Notes: generated by a model not told the origin, from the sequence alone. A stretch of 64,000 nt of DNA from Octopus vulgaris (GCA_951406725.2 OX597827.1:60388001-60452000); one strand, 5' to 3'; shown: positions 24,731 to 38,115, numbered from the stretch's first letter. Translations and numbers: made by a program.

Positions 24731-24989
24731 TTTGTCAGTGATATTAACCTTTATTGTCGGCACAATACTTGACAGAGAAGAATTGTCATTTTCAGTAAAG
24801 ATTGTAAACACAGAACTGCAAATATCAGTACATAATTTCTTCTGTCTGTCTACTTGTACATGTTTGTAGATAATTGATCATGGTCAGAAACAGTTGAATG
24901 AACCACACTTTGCATGAATCAACAACACTCTCCCACAATAATGTAGCTTCAGTTGAAATATTTCTTCACCTTCCTGGCAAAATGAATGC

Positions 24990-25012
24990 CTGAAAAATAC
25001 AATAAGATTTTC
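24990..25012 (-). promoter_or_regulatory. Probable splice acceptor of the paralog B coding exon
   Basis: Minus strand tcttattgtatttttcag|g, about 260 nt upstream of the ATG. Confidence 0.5.
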
Positions 25013-25201
25013 TTAGATATGGTAAAATACAAGGAATAGAATGGTTATTATTATTATCATAATCAAGTTCAAATCCCACCAGTGTAGATTATGCCTTTTT
25101 ATTGTTTCCATAAAATAAACACTAGTAATATATTGAAGTTGATTTTTTACTTCCTTCATTAACAGTATGTGGCTAAGACCAAAATTAAAAAGTGACCATT
25201 A

Positions 25202-25420
25202 TTAACCCTTTTCATACCAACCCACGAGTCAGTTCTTGGTCTTACGATATAGGCTTTGTTCTTAAAGTGAACTAAATCAAAACTTTCCATCAATTCTATG
25301 TCAATGTTCCAAACACCAGCTTAATAATGACAGTCATTTTATTAAATTCTTCGTTACTTTCAAAATAAATTGAGACAAAGACGGAATATCTCAACAGAAA
25401 TATAGTAACAAAAGAGTTAA
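25202..25420. mobile_element. piggyBac-like MITE
   Basis: ttaacccttttc...aaaagagttaa termini. Confidence 0.55.
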
Positions 25421-26483
25421 GGCAGTATTCTTGCAGAATTGTTAGTGTGTCGGACAAAATGCTTAGCAGCATTTCTTCCAGCTCTTTGCATCCTGAGATC
25501 AAATACCTCTAAGACTAACTTTACTTTTCATTCTTTCAGGGTCGATAAAATAATGTAGGAATCAAGAACTGGGATGGAAGTACTCGACGCCCTCCGCCCC
25601 ACTTAAAATTGCTGGTCTTGTGCCAAAATTTTAAATTATTATTATTATTGCTGATAATGAAGACAGTAATTAGCAGAGTGCTGTAACAAAATGCTATATT
25701 AAGAGTTCAAATTTCACAAAGTAACCTGTGACTTTCATTCTGTTATGGTCAATGAAGTAAATACCAACTATGTACTGAAGTTAATTTAATCAACAATAAC
25801 CCCACCATTAAAATTCTGTCACTTTATGCCCATGTGAGAAATAATTAACATCATCATCATAGATCTATTAAGTATGGTTCATTAAATGTTTCCTGGCCAC
25901 ATAATCATCATTATATCTGCTTTTCCACGCTGGTATGAGTTGGATGAGTTTTATCGCAAGCAGTATTCTACAACCAGATGCCCTACTTGTTAGAACCTCT
26001 GGTTTTTTAATAAGAATATCAATGCCACAGGTGCTCAAATATCAAGACTGATGAAACTCATGAGCTAAGAGATGTACAGATTACAGGAAACATGAACAAA
26101 CATTACCATTTTTGTTCAAACGGTGTCAATGTGAAGACACATTCAAATACGTGTGTGCGTGCACGCACGCATGTGTGTATAGACATCAACATTCTAACAT
26201 CTTGTTCCTGTCAAACTGTCTTACACAGTTTAACATGAACAGGAAAGTCAGAAGACTACACCTAACTCTACTGACCGGATGCCCTTCTTAATGCTGACCA
26301 CTTTACAGAGTATATGTAACAGGTACTTTTTATATGGCACCAGCAGCAGTGAGGTCACAAGTAACTTGCAGGACAAGAACCCCTCAAATAAAGGGAGTAG
26401 TATTAAGAGACAGAAAGGTGACTTGCATTAGAAGAGACATGACTTCCTTAGATGGAGAAGAGAAAGAGGAAATATATATAGTT

Positions 26484-26514
<31 letters not shown>

Positions 26515-27133
26515 AACAAACTAGTTCAAATCCTTATTAGAGTATCTGCTTAAATGGAGTCTGGGATCAGGCTTGTTTGTGCCAGCATCAAGTTGCATAA
26601 GTTGTAATAATCTAATCTAACCAAATAATGATATTTTGAAAACATTTAATATGTAGGTTTCAGATCTGCATATGTGATAGGAAATACAACCCATTAAGCA
26701 ATATATATATATATATATATATGGCTGTGTGGTTAAGAAACTCATTCTGGAACTATGTGATTTTTTAGAATTTAGTCCCACATTAGAACATCTTGGGCGA
26801 GTATCTTCTAAAATAACTTCATGCCAACTAAACCAAAGTCTTGTGAACAGATCTAGTAGATAGAAACTTTAAGAAGCCTGTCTCATATATGTGTGTCATC
26901 ATTCGTCTGTCTTCTATGCTAGCATGGGTGGGACGATTTCATAAGAGCTAGCCAGGCAGAAGCCTGCACCAGACTTCTGTGACTATTTTAGCAGGGTGAC
27001 CTTCCTAACACCAACCACTCAGCAGAGTTGACTTGGAGCTTTTTACGTGGCACAAGCAAATGAGGTGAGTAGTGTATATAGAAATGTTTATGTGTATGTA
27101 TGACACACACACCGCTTGACAACTGGTGTTGGT

Positions 27134-27164
<31 letters not shown>

Positions 27165-27657
27165 TGTCAAACGATGAGATGAGTGCTCAACACTACATTG
27201 GTGGATATACAATTTCTTTATTTGTAAATTAAGGTTATCATTGGTTCCATATTAAGAAAAGTAGGAAAATATCTTAGTGTCTTAACAATTTTTCAAGCTG
27301 ATCACATGGAGAAAGGTGTTCGCCTCAATTCTGGAAAACAGTCTAACTTTGTTCATGTGATTTCTTGAAGTCACGTACATAAAACACATGAGAGAATAAA
27401 CACACGCATTATATATTCATTCTTCACTCGCTAATTATTGTTCTTATTTTATCTTATGTCAACTAAATGGACTAAACAGAACAGGATACACATGGAAGAG
27501 TCACTGAAGAGGTCACGAATGTGTGATGAAAGATTTCCAGACAATGGACATACGATAAAACACGAACAATAATAAATGAGTGGAAAACGAATATATAGTG
27601 CATGTGTTTATTTGGCAAGAAAACAAAAATGACCATCTCAAAATATAACAATATCTC

Positions 27658-27905
27658 TAGTAAAGATTGTTTGCCAACATAACACAGCAGTCCTGGTTTA
27701 GGACTAAAGTTGCTGTAATTTAGCCCCAGGAGATGTCGTCTCCAGCTGGCTATACAACATGATCTGTGTCCTTACATTTTCGAAAATGTAAGGACACAGA
27801 TCATGTCGTACAGCCAGCTGGAGGTGACATCTCCTGGGACTAAATTACAGTAACTTTAGTCTTAAACCAGGACTGCTGTCTTATGTTGGCAAACAATCTT
27901 TACTA
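27658..27905. repeat. 248-bp spacerless palindrome
   Basis: The arms pair around ttttCGaaaa at 27781/27782 with scattered mismatches. Confidence 0.92.
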
Positions 27906-28493
27906 CAAAGTACTGTTGCTGAATATCTCAAGTTGTGAGATTTAAAAAAAGTAATTTTCTAATAACAATATCTGTTGCAATACACAATTTCACACCAGGA
28001 ATCTTGCAAAACATATTCATAAGCATATATAAATACACACGCATACATTTTATCAGCCAAGCAGAACGAAGGGCACAATTGTAATAAATGCACTTCGGTT
28101 TTCCACTGAGAGAAACAAACAGCTTCGTTAAGTGTTGTGGTCTTAGAGGAAGGAAAGAACAAGGTCGTACATGTAAGACACAAGACTTTGATACTTAATC
28201 ATATACAATTACAAAAGTAAAGAAAAGTAAAGGTAATGTTATGTATGTCTTAAATAGCTATCATGCTACCATGATACAATTATTTCAGTTTCAACACACG
28301 ATTTTCAATCAAATCATTTGCCAAAACAAGTAAATACTTTGAAAATGAGTAATTAACTTTAATTACTTAGTCATTTAAAGGTATAAATGGGCTGCAGCAA
28401 TGCTGTGGCACTGCCATCTGTATGTTTGTGATTTTGTTCTTGGGTACAAAGTGTATGTCATATATATGTATGTATAAATATATACACACACAA

Positions 28494-28706
28494 TGAAGGT
28501 GCTGAAAAATTCCTGGCTTTAAGAGTATCATGCAAAACCTGGTTGGAGGCCCAACCTTCTGAGATCTTTTACAGGGCCTAGAAAAACTGAAGGACCACTA
28601 CAATAAGTGCGTGAATCTGAGAGGGGAATATGTTGACTAAAATCATAATTAACTGAACCTCCTGTATTATCTTTTAACCAAAGCCAGGAACTTTTCAGCA
28701 CTTCAT
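28494..28706. mobile_element. mariner-like MITE
   Basis: TIRs tgaaggtgctgaaaaattcctggcttt and aaagccaggaacttttcagcacttca. The same end recurs at about 63966. Confidence 0.7.
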
Positions 28707-29487
28707 TGTGTGTGTGTGTGTGTGTGTGTGTCAGTAGTTGTGCGAAGCAGTAACGGGAAATAATCAAACTTTAGGTCAGTTCCAATACGTTTGGGAGACA
28801 GTTTAACTTGTAATTGTTATTTCAGGGCAGTTTACTGTGTAGAAGAAATTCTCAGTTTAGGTAAAAACATGTAAGAACACAATTATCAGCTGAAAGCACG
28901 CTCTAGACTGATAGCTACAATTCTAGTTTGTTGGCTGTCTTCAGGACCAGATACCAAGAGAGGCAACTCTGAGCTGACTGGAAATCTTTAGCATTATAAA
29001 AAACTTCAGTAAATACTAGTTACTGGTTTGTTCATGAAGGCTACCAGGCCAGAATAAATATGTTAGTTGCATGAAACTAATGATGGGAAATAAACCTTAA
29101 GTCAGTTCAAATGTGTTTAAGACAATCAACATCATTTGAATGAGCTTTCAGTTTATAAACACTGCCAAGAAACCTGAATATGCTTTCAAAGTGGACTGTA
29201 AACAACATTATCTTGGTGAACAGTGGAGCTTTTGTCTACAATTACATGCAAAGATAAAGGGAAATACAGATTCATTCATACATACATACATATATGCACA
29301 ATAGGGATTTTTAGTTTTCCTCTTGTAATTTCACTCACGAGGTACAAGGTTGGCCCACAGATATAGTACAGTACAGAACAATCAACAGTGCCCACACAGT
29401 GGGAGCTAAGTACATGATTCCAAAGTGAACTTCTTAACCACAGAGGTATATCTGCAGCTATTACATATATATGTGTGCATGTATGTA

Positions 29488-29533
<46 letters not shown>

Positions 29534-29644
29534 CATCTATAGTGTGTAAATAGAATAAACATTAAAAAAGGCAAGGAGAAAAATGTTTTACAAATAAGGT
29601 ATTGGTTTAAGGGATAAATATTATATATATATATATATATATAA

Positions 29645-29805
29645 CTACACTCACGGAGTGGTTGGCATTAGGAAGGGCATCCAGCCGTAGAAACACTGCC
29701 AAATCTGACTGGGCCTGATGAAGCCTTCCAGCTTCACAGACCCCAGTTAAACCGTCCAACCCATGCTAGCATGGAAAACGGACGCTAAATGATGATGATG
29801 ATCAT
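29645..29805 (+). mobile_element. RTE LINE 3' end
   Basis: Family consensus plus (GAT)n tail, inserted in a (TA)n tract. Confidence 0.75.
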
Positions 29806-30899
29806 CATCATCATCATGTTGAACCATTAAACCTTACACATTTAAAAGCAGTCTTTTCTGAGTTGTCAACCAAACAACATAAATGTAAATGTTAGCAAGT
29901 TCCAGACAACCCTAATACAAATGAAAGCAATTACCCTTAAAAATTACTTTAAGAAGCCCTCCAAATTTTGTGTCTCAATTCATAAATGGAGAACTGCTGG
30001 ATTGGTGACAGCAAAATTGCTGAGCCAAGAAGAAACATACTCAGAGCAATTTTAACAGAATTGAAACGACCTCTGAGCTGACAAGGAGACTCTTATCTGT
30101 ATGTGATAAAACATGCTGGTGGACTCTAGTTAATCATCCATCAACGTGTTCAGCCAACCACCCTCCATTTATTCAGAATAATCTCTCAAAATCTATATCC
30201 TTGATAGAATTATAATTAATTTCTTAAACCTAATCAGATTGTAGAATTTTCAATCAGAATGATAAGTTAACCTCCCAAAGCTGTACTGACGATAGAATCT
30301 GAATAGGAAATTTGAGTGACGCTTTATATTAAGGCCTTCATCTCAAAATAGTTAAAGATCACAACCAAAATCATTCAAATAATATTCGATACACACTCGA
30401 AACGTTTTAAAATTTTCTAAAGAAACAAACAATAATGCTATAACAATTAAATTTCTCATAATGTTCTTGTGTAAAATATATATAAAACTAAAGAAGCACA
30501 GTAGTGCTCCTTCCCATATAGCAGTGATTCCATCAGATTGTTCTAGTAAAAAAAAAAAAAAAAGTAATAATACCGGATGCATTATGTTACAGTTTTCAGT
30601 TAGTAAATCTCGCCACAAATTGCAAATAAGCTTTAACATACCCAAGATATTAACATTACTTCAAGAGGGCAAATTAACAAAACAACTTTGGGGAATTTTA
30701 CAGCACCCACACGAATTACAATGCTAGAAATAAAAATTTTAAGATCTCACATTATAAACTTCTTGGAGACTACCGTAAATAGAGAGGGAAAAAAAACTGA
30801 TTAATCATTTTTTAGTTGGTAAAACTAACCAAATAATATTCAGGTAATATTAAAATGAAACTAACTTGCAGAATATTAAAAAAAAAATTGAAGGAACCC

Positions 30900-32050
30900 T
30901 TCGATGACACGAAACACATCCTGCTCTGTAGTATTCATTGATATTGAAACAGCAGAAACAAAGAAGCAAACCTGTTTTTTTTTATATATATTATATATAT
31001 ACGAATTAACTGTATGTTCGAGGTCTTGATCTTAATTCATCTTCCTCGTTAAGACATAACAAATCATTTCTTCGTTCGACGAATTAATAAACCACCTGAC
31101 ATTTTATCTTTGTACAGAGTGATTTCCCTTCACAGACATAACCGATCGATTATTATCATTACTATTTTTATTATTATTACTACTACTACTACTAGAGAAA
31201 CGTAGTCAAATGAAATATTAATATTAATGAAATGTTCTCTCGTTATCAAATAATAATCAACGACGAGCAAGAGAACAGAGTGTAGTGTCTCTATAGCCGC
31301 AGGCCCTGCTAAATTTAGTAATCAAAATCTCCCTCGAATTTTATTTAAGACGGCGAGGTGCATGTAATGCGCATTAGCCATGTTACGAGAAGCTTTACGC
31401 CTCAAAATAAGATCGAGTGGTCACGACTGGAATAACCTTTGATGTGATCGATTCAATTAGGGCTGATTAAGGGTGATCAACTAAAAACAACAATCAATCA
31501 ACGGATCAATCGCTAAACAAACTACCAAATATCTCCCTACGCATTCCATTACCATCATCTTACAAAAAGCAATGAATTACAGTCGTAATGAATTCTGAAA
31601 CAATATGTTTGAAATATAGTAAAAGACGAGACGGCCATAGCAGGAATACCGGCAGATCTATGTAAACGTTAATAATAATTATAATAAATAACAATGAAAT
31701 GAATAAACAGCAGTCAATAGATTTCGTCATAAATTTAAGATAGCACATCTTCGTTTTAAGTGAGTTCCGGCAAGGTTCGAATACAAAATGGATTTCTATG
31801 TAATTTCAAAAAAGAAGTTAGTGGGGAGCGTACAAGTACCTGTGGTGATTCTCAATGTAGATAAAAATAACATAAGAAGAACAAGAATCGGCAGAACTTT
31901 ACTTCTTCTACGAAGCAGCTTCTCCTCGGTTTTATCGGCAAGCCGGTAAAGACCTACATAGCGAGCGACATGGCCGTGGCGCAGAGCTGTTCGCTTCAGA
32001 GTCACGTGTTTCCGGTTCAGTACTACTGCGGGGCACCTTGGGATGACCCA
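30900..32050 (-). promoter_or_regulatory. Candidate promoter / first-exon region of paralog B
   Basis: Largely non-repetitive and visibly richer in CpG than the preceding 30 kb. Lies upstream of the minus-strand gene. Confidence 0.3.
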
Positions 32051-32220
32051 CAATTTTCATGTGTATAAAGCTAAAATCAATAATTTTATATATACACACA
32101 CACACACAGACGATTGTGTGTGTGTGTATTATAAGATAATATCAATAACATATTTTACATAGTCCAAACATTATCTGGTACAGAACTCAATACACTGGAT
32201 AGAGTGTATAGATATGTATT

Positions 32221-32455
32221 AAGGCGGTGAGCAAGCAGAAACGTTAGCACGCCGGGCGAAATGCTTTGCCGTATTTCGTCCGCCGTTACGTTCTGAATTC
32301 AAATTCCGCCGAGGTCGACTTTGCCTTTCATCCTTTCGGGGTCGATAAATAAAGTACCAGTTACACACTGAGGGTCGATGTAATCGACTTAATCCCTTTG
32401 TCTGTCCTTGTTTGTCCCCTCTGTGTTTAGCCCCTTGTGGGTAGTAAAGAAATAG
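32221..32455 (+). mobile_element. SINE family 2 (gtcgactttgcctttcatcctttcggggtcgataaa core)
   Basis: Full-length copy. Others lie at about 25420, 53235, 56350, 62483 and 63150. Confidence 0.8.
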
Positions 32456-32814
32456 ATATGTATTTATTATACCTAAAAGATAAAGTAGCTTCCTGAGTCA
32501 CATTGACACAAAGGGTCAATCTCCTGGTTCCTGTGGAATATATATTCCTATTTGGACAGGATGCCAGTCTGTCATAGGAATATTCATATTTGCCAGCTGA
32601 GTGAACTAGAGCAATGTGAAATGAACACATCATGAGTCCAACACCCTAACCACTAAGCTACACACCTCCACTAATTGTATCTAAGTTGACATTCTTCCCT
32701 TGAATTTCACCCTCAGCTTGGCTGGGCATGACGGTGAAACTTAGAGTAGAATGTTGACATTGATACAATAGCACACACAAATGCATTTGTTTATGTGTGT
32801 GCATGTTTGTGTAT

Positions 32815-33470
32815 ACATCATCATCATCGTTTAACGTCAGCTTTAAATGCTAGCATGGGTCAGACGGTTCAACTGGGGTCTGGGAAGCCAGAAGGCTGCA
32901 CCAGGCCCAGTCTGATCTGGCAGTGTTTCTACAGCTGGATGCCCTTCCTAACGCCAACCACTCCATGAGTGTAGTGGGTGCTTTTTACATACCAGACGAG
33001 GCTGGCAAACAGCCACGATCGGATGGTGCTTTTTACGTGCCACCAGCACAGAGACCAGTCAGAGCGGCGTTGGCTATGGCCACGTTCGGATGGTTCTCTT
33101 ACGTGCCACTGGCACTGGTATCACAGCTACAAATTCCATTGGTGTTGATCGATTACGATTTTGATAGACAAAGAGAGGGAGATAAATACATTTATTGATC
33201 TATATATGTATCATCATCATCATCATCGTTTAACGTCCGCTTTCCATGCTAGCATGGGTTGGACGGTTCAACTGGGGTCTGGCAAGCCTGAAGGCTGCAC
33301 CAGGCCAGTCAGATCTGGCAGTGTTTCTACAGCTGGATGCCCTTCTTAACGCCAACCACTCCGAGAGTGTAGTGGGTGATTTTATGTGCCACCGACACAG
33401 GTGCCAGACGAGGCTGGCAGACGGCCACGCTCGGATGGTGTTTTTTATGTGCCACCGACACAGGTGCCAG
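32815..33470 (-). mobile_element. Two tandem RTE LINE 3' ends
   Basis: Each starts with (CAT)n-cgtttaacgtc on the plus strand, at about 32815 and 33210. Confidence 0.75.
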
Positions 33471-33560
33471 ACGAATTCAAATAAATGCATATATACACTT
33501 ATATGCATATACACACATCTAGATACATACACACACACACACACACACATCTAGATACAT

Positions 33561-33592
<32 letters not shown>

Positions 33593-33599
33593 GTGTGTG

Positions 33600-33637
<38 letters not shown>

Positions 33638-34529
33638 CACACACACATGTCTGTCTTTATATTTATTCCCCCACTACCACTTGATAAGCAGTGTTGATTT
33701 GTTTATGTTGTAAAGCGGGTTTCTCCCACTGGTGCGATGTGTGACTACTGTTGTACTGCAGTTGCTGTTTTATACTAGTAGCCACAGTAGTTACAAGTCA
33801 TCGGATACCATTATACCTCTTCCTACTGGAATAGTAATACACTAACTTCTTCGGTCTTACTATCACTGATAGCTCCACAAGACACTGACTAGAACTCTTG
33901 ACTCTCGGCCCTCTCTTGATGACTGCCTATTGGCTGCTCCTACCACTTTTTACTGGGAGGGGTATAGTTTCAGTATACAACAGTTCACATCCCTATAACT
34001 TAGCAGTTCAACAAAAAGAGACCAATAGAATAAGTACCAAACTTAAAAACAAGTCCAGGGGTCAATGTGCACAACTAAAACCTTCCAAGGTGAAACCCCA
34101 GCATGGCTGCACTCTAATGATTGAAACAAAGATAGAACATGTCTGTAAATAGGTTGTCAAAGGATCTGATGTTCTTATATCTATTTGCTCTAACAAAGCA
34201 AAACAGCTGTGATGAAATTACTGATAATAATTATGTTTATAATGACAGACAGATAAATAGATATGGTGATGCAAACAGGAAAAATAGATTTCAAATATGA
34301 GTATATGTATATTTTATTAATATTTAGCAGAAGCAACAGAGTGTCTCATGTATAGAGAGTTTCACTTTGGCACTAAACAAACTTAGTAAGTGGCAACACA
34401 CAAAATTCTTGGCCCTTGAGTTATTCTATATATATACTAAAGGGCTGAGTCTCATGCATTGGCACTTATCAAACTACTAGATATTAATAAAATATAGTTC
34501 TATATGTATTGAGGAATTATGTACATTTA

Positions 34530-34940
34530 CATTTGACAGGTGCCTTGGAGAAATTTCAAACCTGGGTTCTCATTCCTAAGGTATTTTTGATGTTGTTGTT
34601 GTTGTTGTTATTATTATTCAGGTCACTGCCTGGAATCAAACTCAGAATCTTGGGGTTAGTAGCCCATGCTCTTAAGCACTACGCCCCTGGGCATATGGCA
34701 TAGTGGTTAAGAGCACAGGCTACGAACACCAAGATTCTGATTCCAGGCAGTGACCTGAAGACTAATAATAATAATAACAATAACAATAATGATGATATCG
34801 AAAAATACTTCAGGAATGAGAAACCAGGTTCGAAATTTCCCCCAAGACACCTAATGAAGGCTAGAGAGTATATCAGCCGAAATGTTGTGTTTACAACAAA
34901 CAAGATAAGGACAAATATCCGTCAAATGTAAATAATGTAA
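34530..34940. mobile_element. Head-to-head palindromic dimer of a tRNA-headed element with a hammerhead-like 3' part
   Basis: Inverted symmetry about 34688 with tRNA-like A/B boxes in both arms. The right arm has cac-CTAATGA-a-ggct..agcc-GAAA-tgtt-gtg. Confidence 0.7.
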
Positions 34941-35255
34941 ATCATCATCATCGTTTAACGTCCGTTCTCCATGCTAGCATGGGTTGGACGGTTCGACCGG
35001 GGAACTGGGAAGCCAGAAGGCTGCACCAGGCTCCGGTCTTATCTGGCAATGTTTCCACAGCTGGATGCCCTTCCTAATGCCAACCACTCCGGGAGTGTAG
35101 TGGGTGCTTTTTACGTGCCACCTGCACTGGTGCCAGGCGAGGCTGGCATCGGCCACGGTCGGATTGGTGCATTTTACGTGCCACCTGCACGGAAGCCAGT
35201 CGAGGCGGCACTGGCTTCGGCCACGATTCGCGGATTGGTGCATTTTACGTGCCAC
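34940..35255 (-). mobile_element. RTE LINE 3' end
   Basis: Family consensus. Confidence 0.75.
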
Positions 35256-35544
35256 CTAATTAATAAAAATATACTGACAAGAAAAGCGAAAGTGAAAGAG
35301 ATAGGCAAACAGACAGAGATCTCTATTGTTGACACAGATTCTGAAATTTTAAAATTAAGCGAAAATTCTCAAATTTGGTATATTGATGTAGTTTTCACAT
35401 GGAATTCAATTTTATAGTTCATTTATTCTAGAAAAATTTTAGTAAAATATTACAGGTTTAAATTTTGATCATTTTTACCCAATCAGAAAACAGGATTTGG
35501 AAACTCATCATTTTGTGTGTGATAAGCTCTTTATCATAAAATGA

Positions 35545-35885
35545 AAGCTTCCTTCCCAACCACAAAATTCTGGGTTCAGTCCCACTGCATGGCACCTTGA
35601 GCAAGTGTCTATTCTAGCCTCTGGCCAACTGAAGCCTTGTGAGTAGATTTGGTAGATGGAAAGTGAAAGAAGCCAATTGTGCATGTGTGTGTGTGTCCCA
35701 CCACAGCTTGACAAATGGTGTTGGTGTGTTTACATTCCCATAAGTTAATGATTCAGCAAAAGAGACAGAATAAGTACTAGGCTTGAAAAACAAAAAAAAA
35801 AGGCCTGGGATCGATTTCTTCAACTAAAACCCTTAAAGACAGTGCCCCAACATGGCAGTAGTGAAATGACTGAAACAAGTAACAG
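35545..35885 (+). mobile_element. CORE-type SINE, degenerate
   Basis: Family similarity. Confidence 0.7.
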
Positions 35886-36269
35886 ATTAAATAGATTAAA
35901 AGACGGAGTTTTACACAAAATGAAAGCAATGCATGAGAGATAATACACATGGAGAGAAAAACAGAGTGACAAAAAGTGTGGTAAATATATAAAGAAAGAT
36001 TGGTGGTGACAGATAGAGAGTAGGAGAGTTGTCAATCTAAAACTTAAGGTATTTCTCATAGCAAATTATATATTTTTATTATAATTTGTGGAAGACCCTC
36101 TTTTGGGACACAGATTTCCAAAATCAAATTCATTTTTCTCTAAGACAACAGTTTCAGAGCCTTTCAAGGCTAAACCCAGATACATTCGTATTTATATAGT
36201 AGAAGATATGTGTGTATTTGTTCATGTATGTATGTATGTGCGTGTATATATATATATATATATAACTAT

Positions 36270-36495
36270 TTGAGCGTGGCCATTGCCAGTACCGCCTGGC
36301 TGACCTTCATGCCGGTGGCACGTAAAGGCATCCACTACACCCTTGGATTGGTTTGCATTAGGAAGGGCATCCAGCCATAGAAACTCTGCCAGATCATATT
36401 AGAGCCTGGTGCAGTCATCTGGCTCACCAGTCCTCAATCAAACCGTCCAACCCATGCCAGCATGGAAAGTGAACGTTAAATGATGATGATGATGA
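36270..36495 (+). mobile_element. RTE LINE 3' end
   Basis: Family consensus plus (GAT)n tail. Confidence 0.7.
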
Positions 36496-36599
36496 TATGT
36501 GTGTGTGTGTGTATGTATATATATATATATATACAAACAAGTTAATGTTCTGAAAAGACACCTACATAGATTGCACATCCAATTTGGACCACCAAAAGT

Positions 36600-37160
36600 T
36601 GCAGATAAATTCTGATCTTTGTGGATCTTAAAATGTCTTTTGAGGCCTCAATTAGATTTGCAAACCTTCTGGCATACACTTAATTCAAAGGTGTGCACAG
36701 ACATAAAGGCAGAATAGTTGGTGGAGGTTTGTTTTCCATGGGTTCGCAGATGAGATTTGAGCCCAGCAAAAGACAGGCATGGTCTGTCACAAATTGCGCA
36801 CACAAAAAGGTCGTTGTCATTCACCATCTCAATCATAACATTCCCCCTTAGATCTCTTTTCAGTCTTACATGCGTTATCCTGGCCTCTTCAAATGCTTTC
36901 ACTCCAATCCACAATTTTGTTTGCCATCAAACTCGATCCGAAGCAAGGGTTTTTATGTCCTCTGGACCCATTCCAAGTGACTTCAAAGTAGTCCTCATGC
37001 TGTCCTTAAACCTTTTTTTAAGTTTACACTGATAGCATTTCCCTTCTGCAAGATCACCATAAAACAGCTGTTTCTTCATGCGTTCATCCGCCATTCAAAC
37101 AATATGGCCACACCATCTCATTTGGTTCTTCAAAATCATAGCTTTAACTGAGGTGATGCC
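36600..37160 (-). pseudogene. RTE/BovB-like LINE ORF C-terminus with terminal C2H2 fingers
   Basis: RWCGHIV*MADERMKKQLFYGDL...RFKD...ASDR..W...AFEEAR followed by CAICDRPCLSFAGLKSHLRTH. Confidence 0.8.
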
Positions 37161-37259
37161 TTTCCCAACGCCAACTACTCCAAGAGTGTAGAGGCTGCTT
37201 TTATGTGCCACCGGCACGAGGGCCAATCCGGCGGTAGTATATAAATATATATATACATA

Positions 37260-37312
<53 letters not shown>

Positions 37313-37439
37313 CATACATCAATAGGCTCGAAATGTAAAAGACGTTTTCTATTCCTGAGCATTATACTAATACATCTGTTTGTTTTGTACACCACCTGTC
37401 TTCGTCTTTTGTGTTTTTTGTAAACTCTCCCTATATATG

Positions 37440-37528
<89 letters not shown>

Positions 37529-37529
37529 T

Positions 37530-38112
37530 CAAAATCAAACCAAATCAACATCAGTGGAAATTGCAGCTGTGGTTAAGCGAACCATCCGATCGTTTGTCCA
37601 TTGCCAGCCTCGCCTGGCCCCCGTGCCGTTGGCACGTAAAAGCACCATCCGCTCGTGTCCGTTGCCAGCCTCGCCTGGCCCCCGTGCCGGTAGCACGTAA
37701 AAGCACCATCCGTTCGTGTCCGTTGCCAGCCTCGCCTGGCCCCCGTGCCGGTAGCACGTAAAAGCACCATCCGTTCGTGTCCGTTGCCAGCCTCGCCTGG
37801 CCCCCGTGCCGGTAGCACGTAAAAGCACCTTCCATTCGTGTCCGTTGCCAGCCTCGCCTGGCCCCTGTGCCGGTAGCACGTAAAAGCACCATCAGTTCAT
37901 GGCCGTTTGCCAGCTCTGTCTGGCACCTGTGCAGGTTACATGTAAAAAGCACCCACTACACTCACGGAGTGGTTGGCGTTAGGAAGGGCATCCAGCCGTA
38001 GAAACACTGCCAAATCTGACTGGGCCTCATGAAGCCTTCCGGCTTCACAGACCCCAGTTAAACCGTCCAACCCATGCTAGCATGGAAAACGGACGCTAAA
38101 TGATGATGATGA

Positions 38113-38115
<3 letters not shown>
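37530..38115 (+). mobile_element. RTE LINE 3' UTR with internal 61-bp tandem array (about 5.5 copies)
   Basis: A gcacc anchor recurs at 37642, 37703, 37764, 37825 and 37886. Ends in a (GAT)n tail. Confidence 0.85.

Noticed and set aside
24731-24811. 27-aa N-terminal extension of paralog B
   Set aside because: It starts at GTG with an in-frame stop shortly upstream. Eukaryotic initiation is more likely at ATG 24730.
37575-37925. CRISPR-like regular repeats
   Set aside because: There are no unique spacers and no cas genes, and the context is a eukaryotic LINE UTR.
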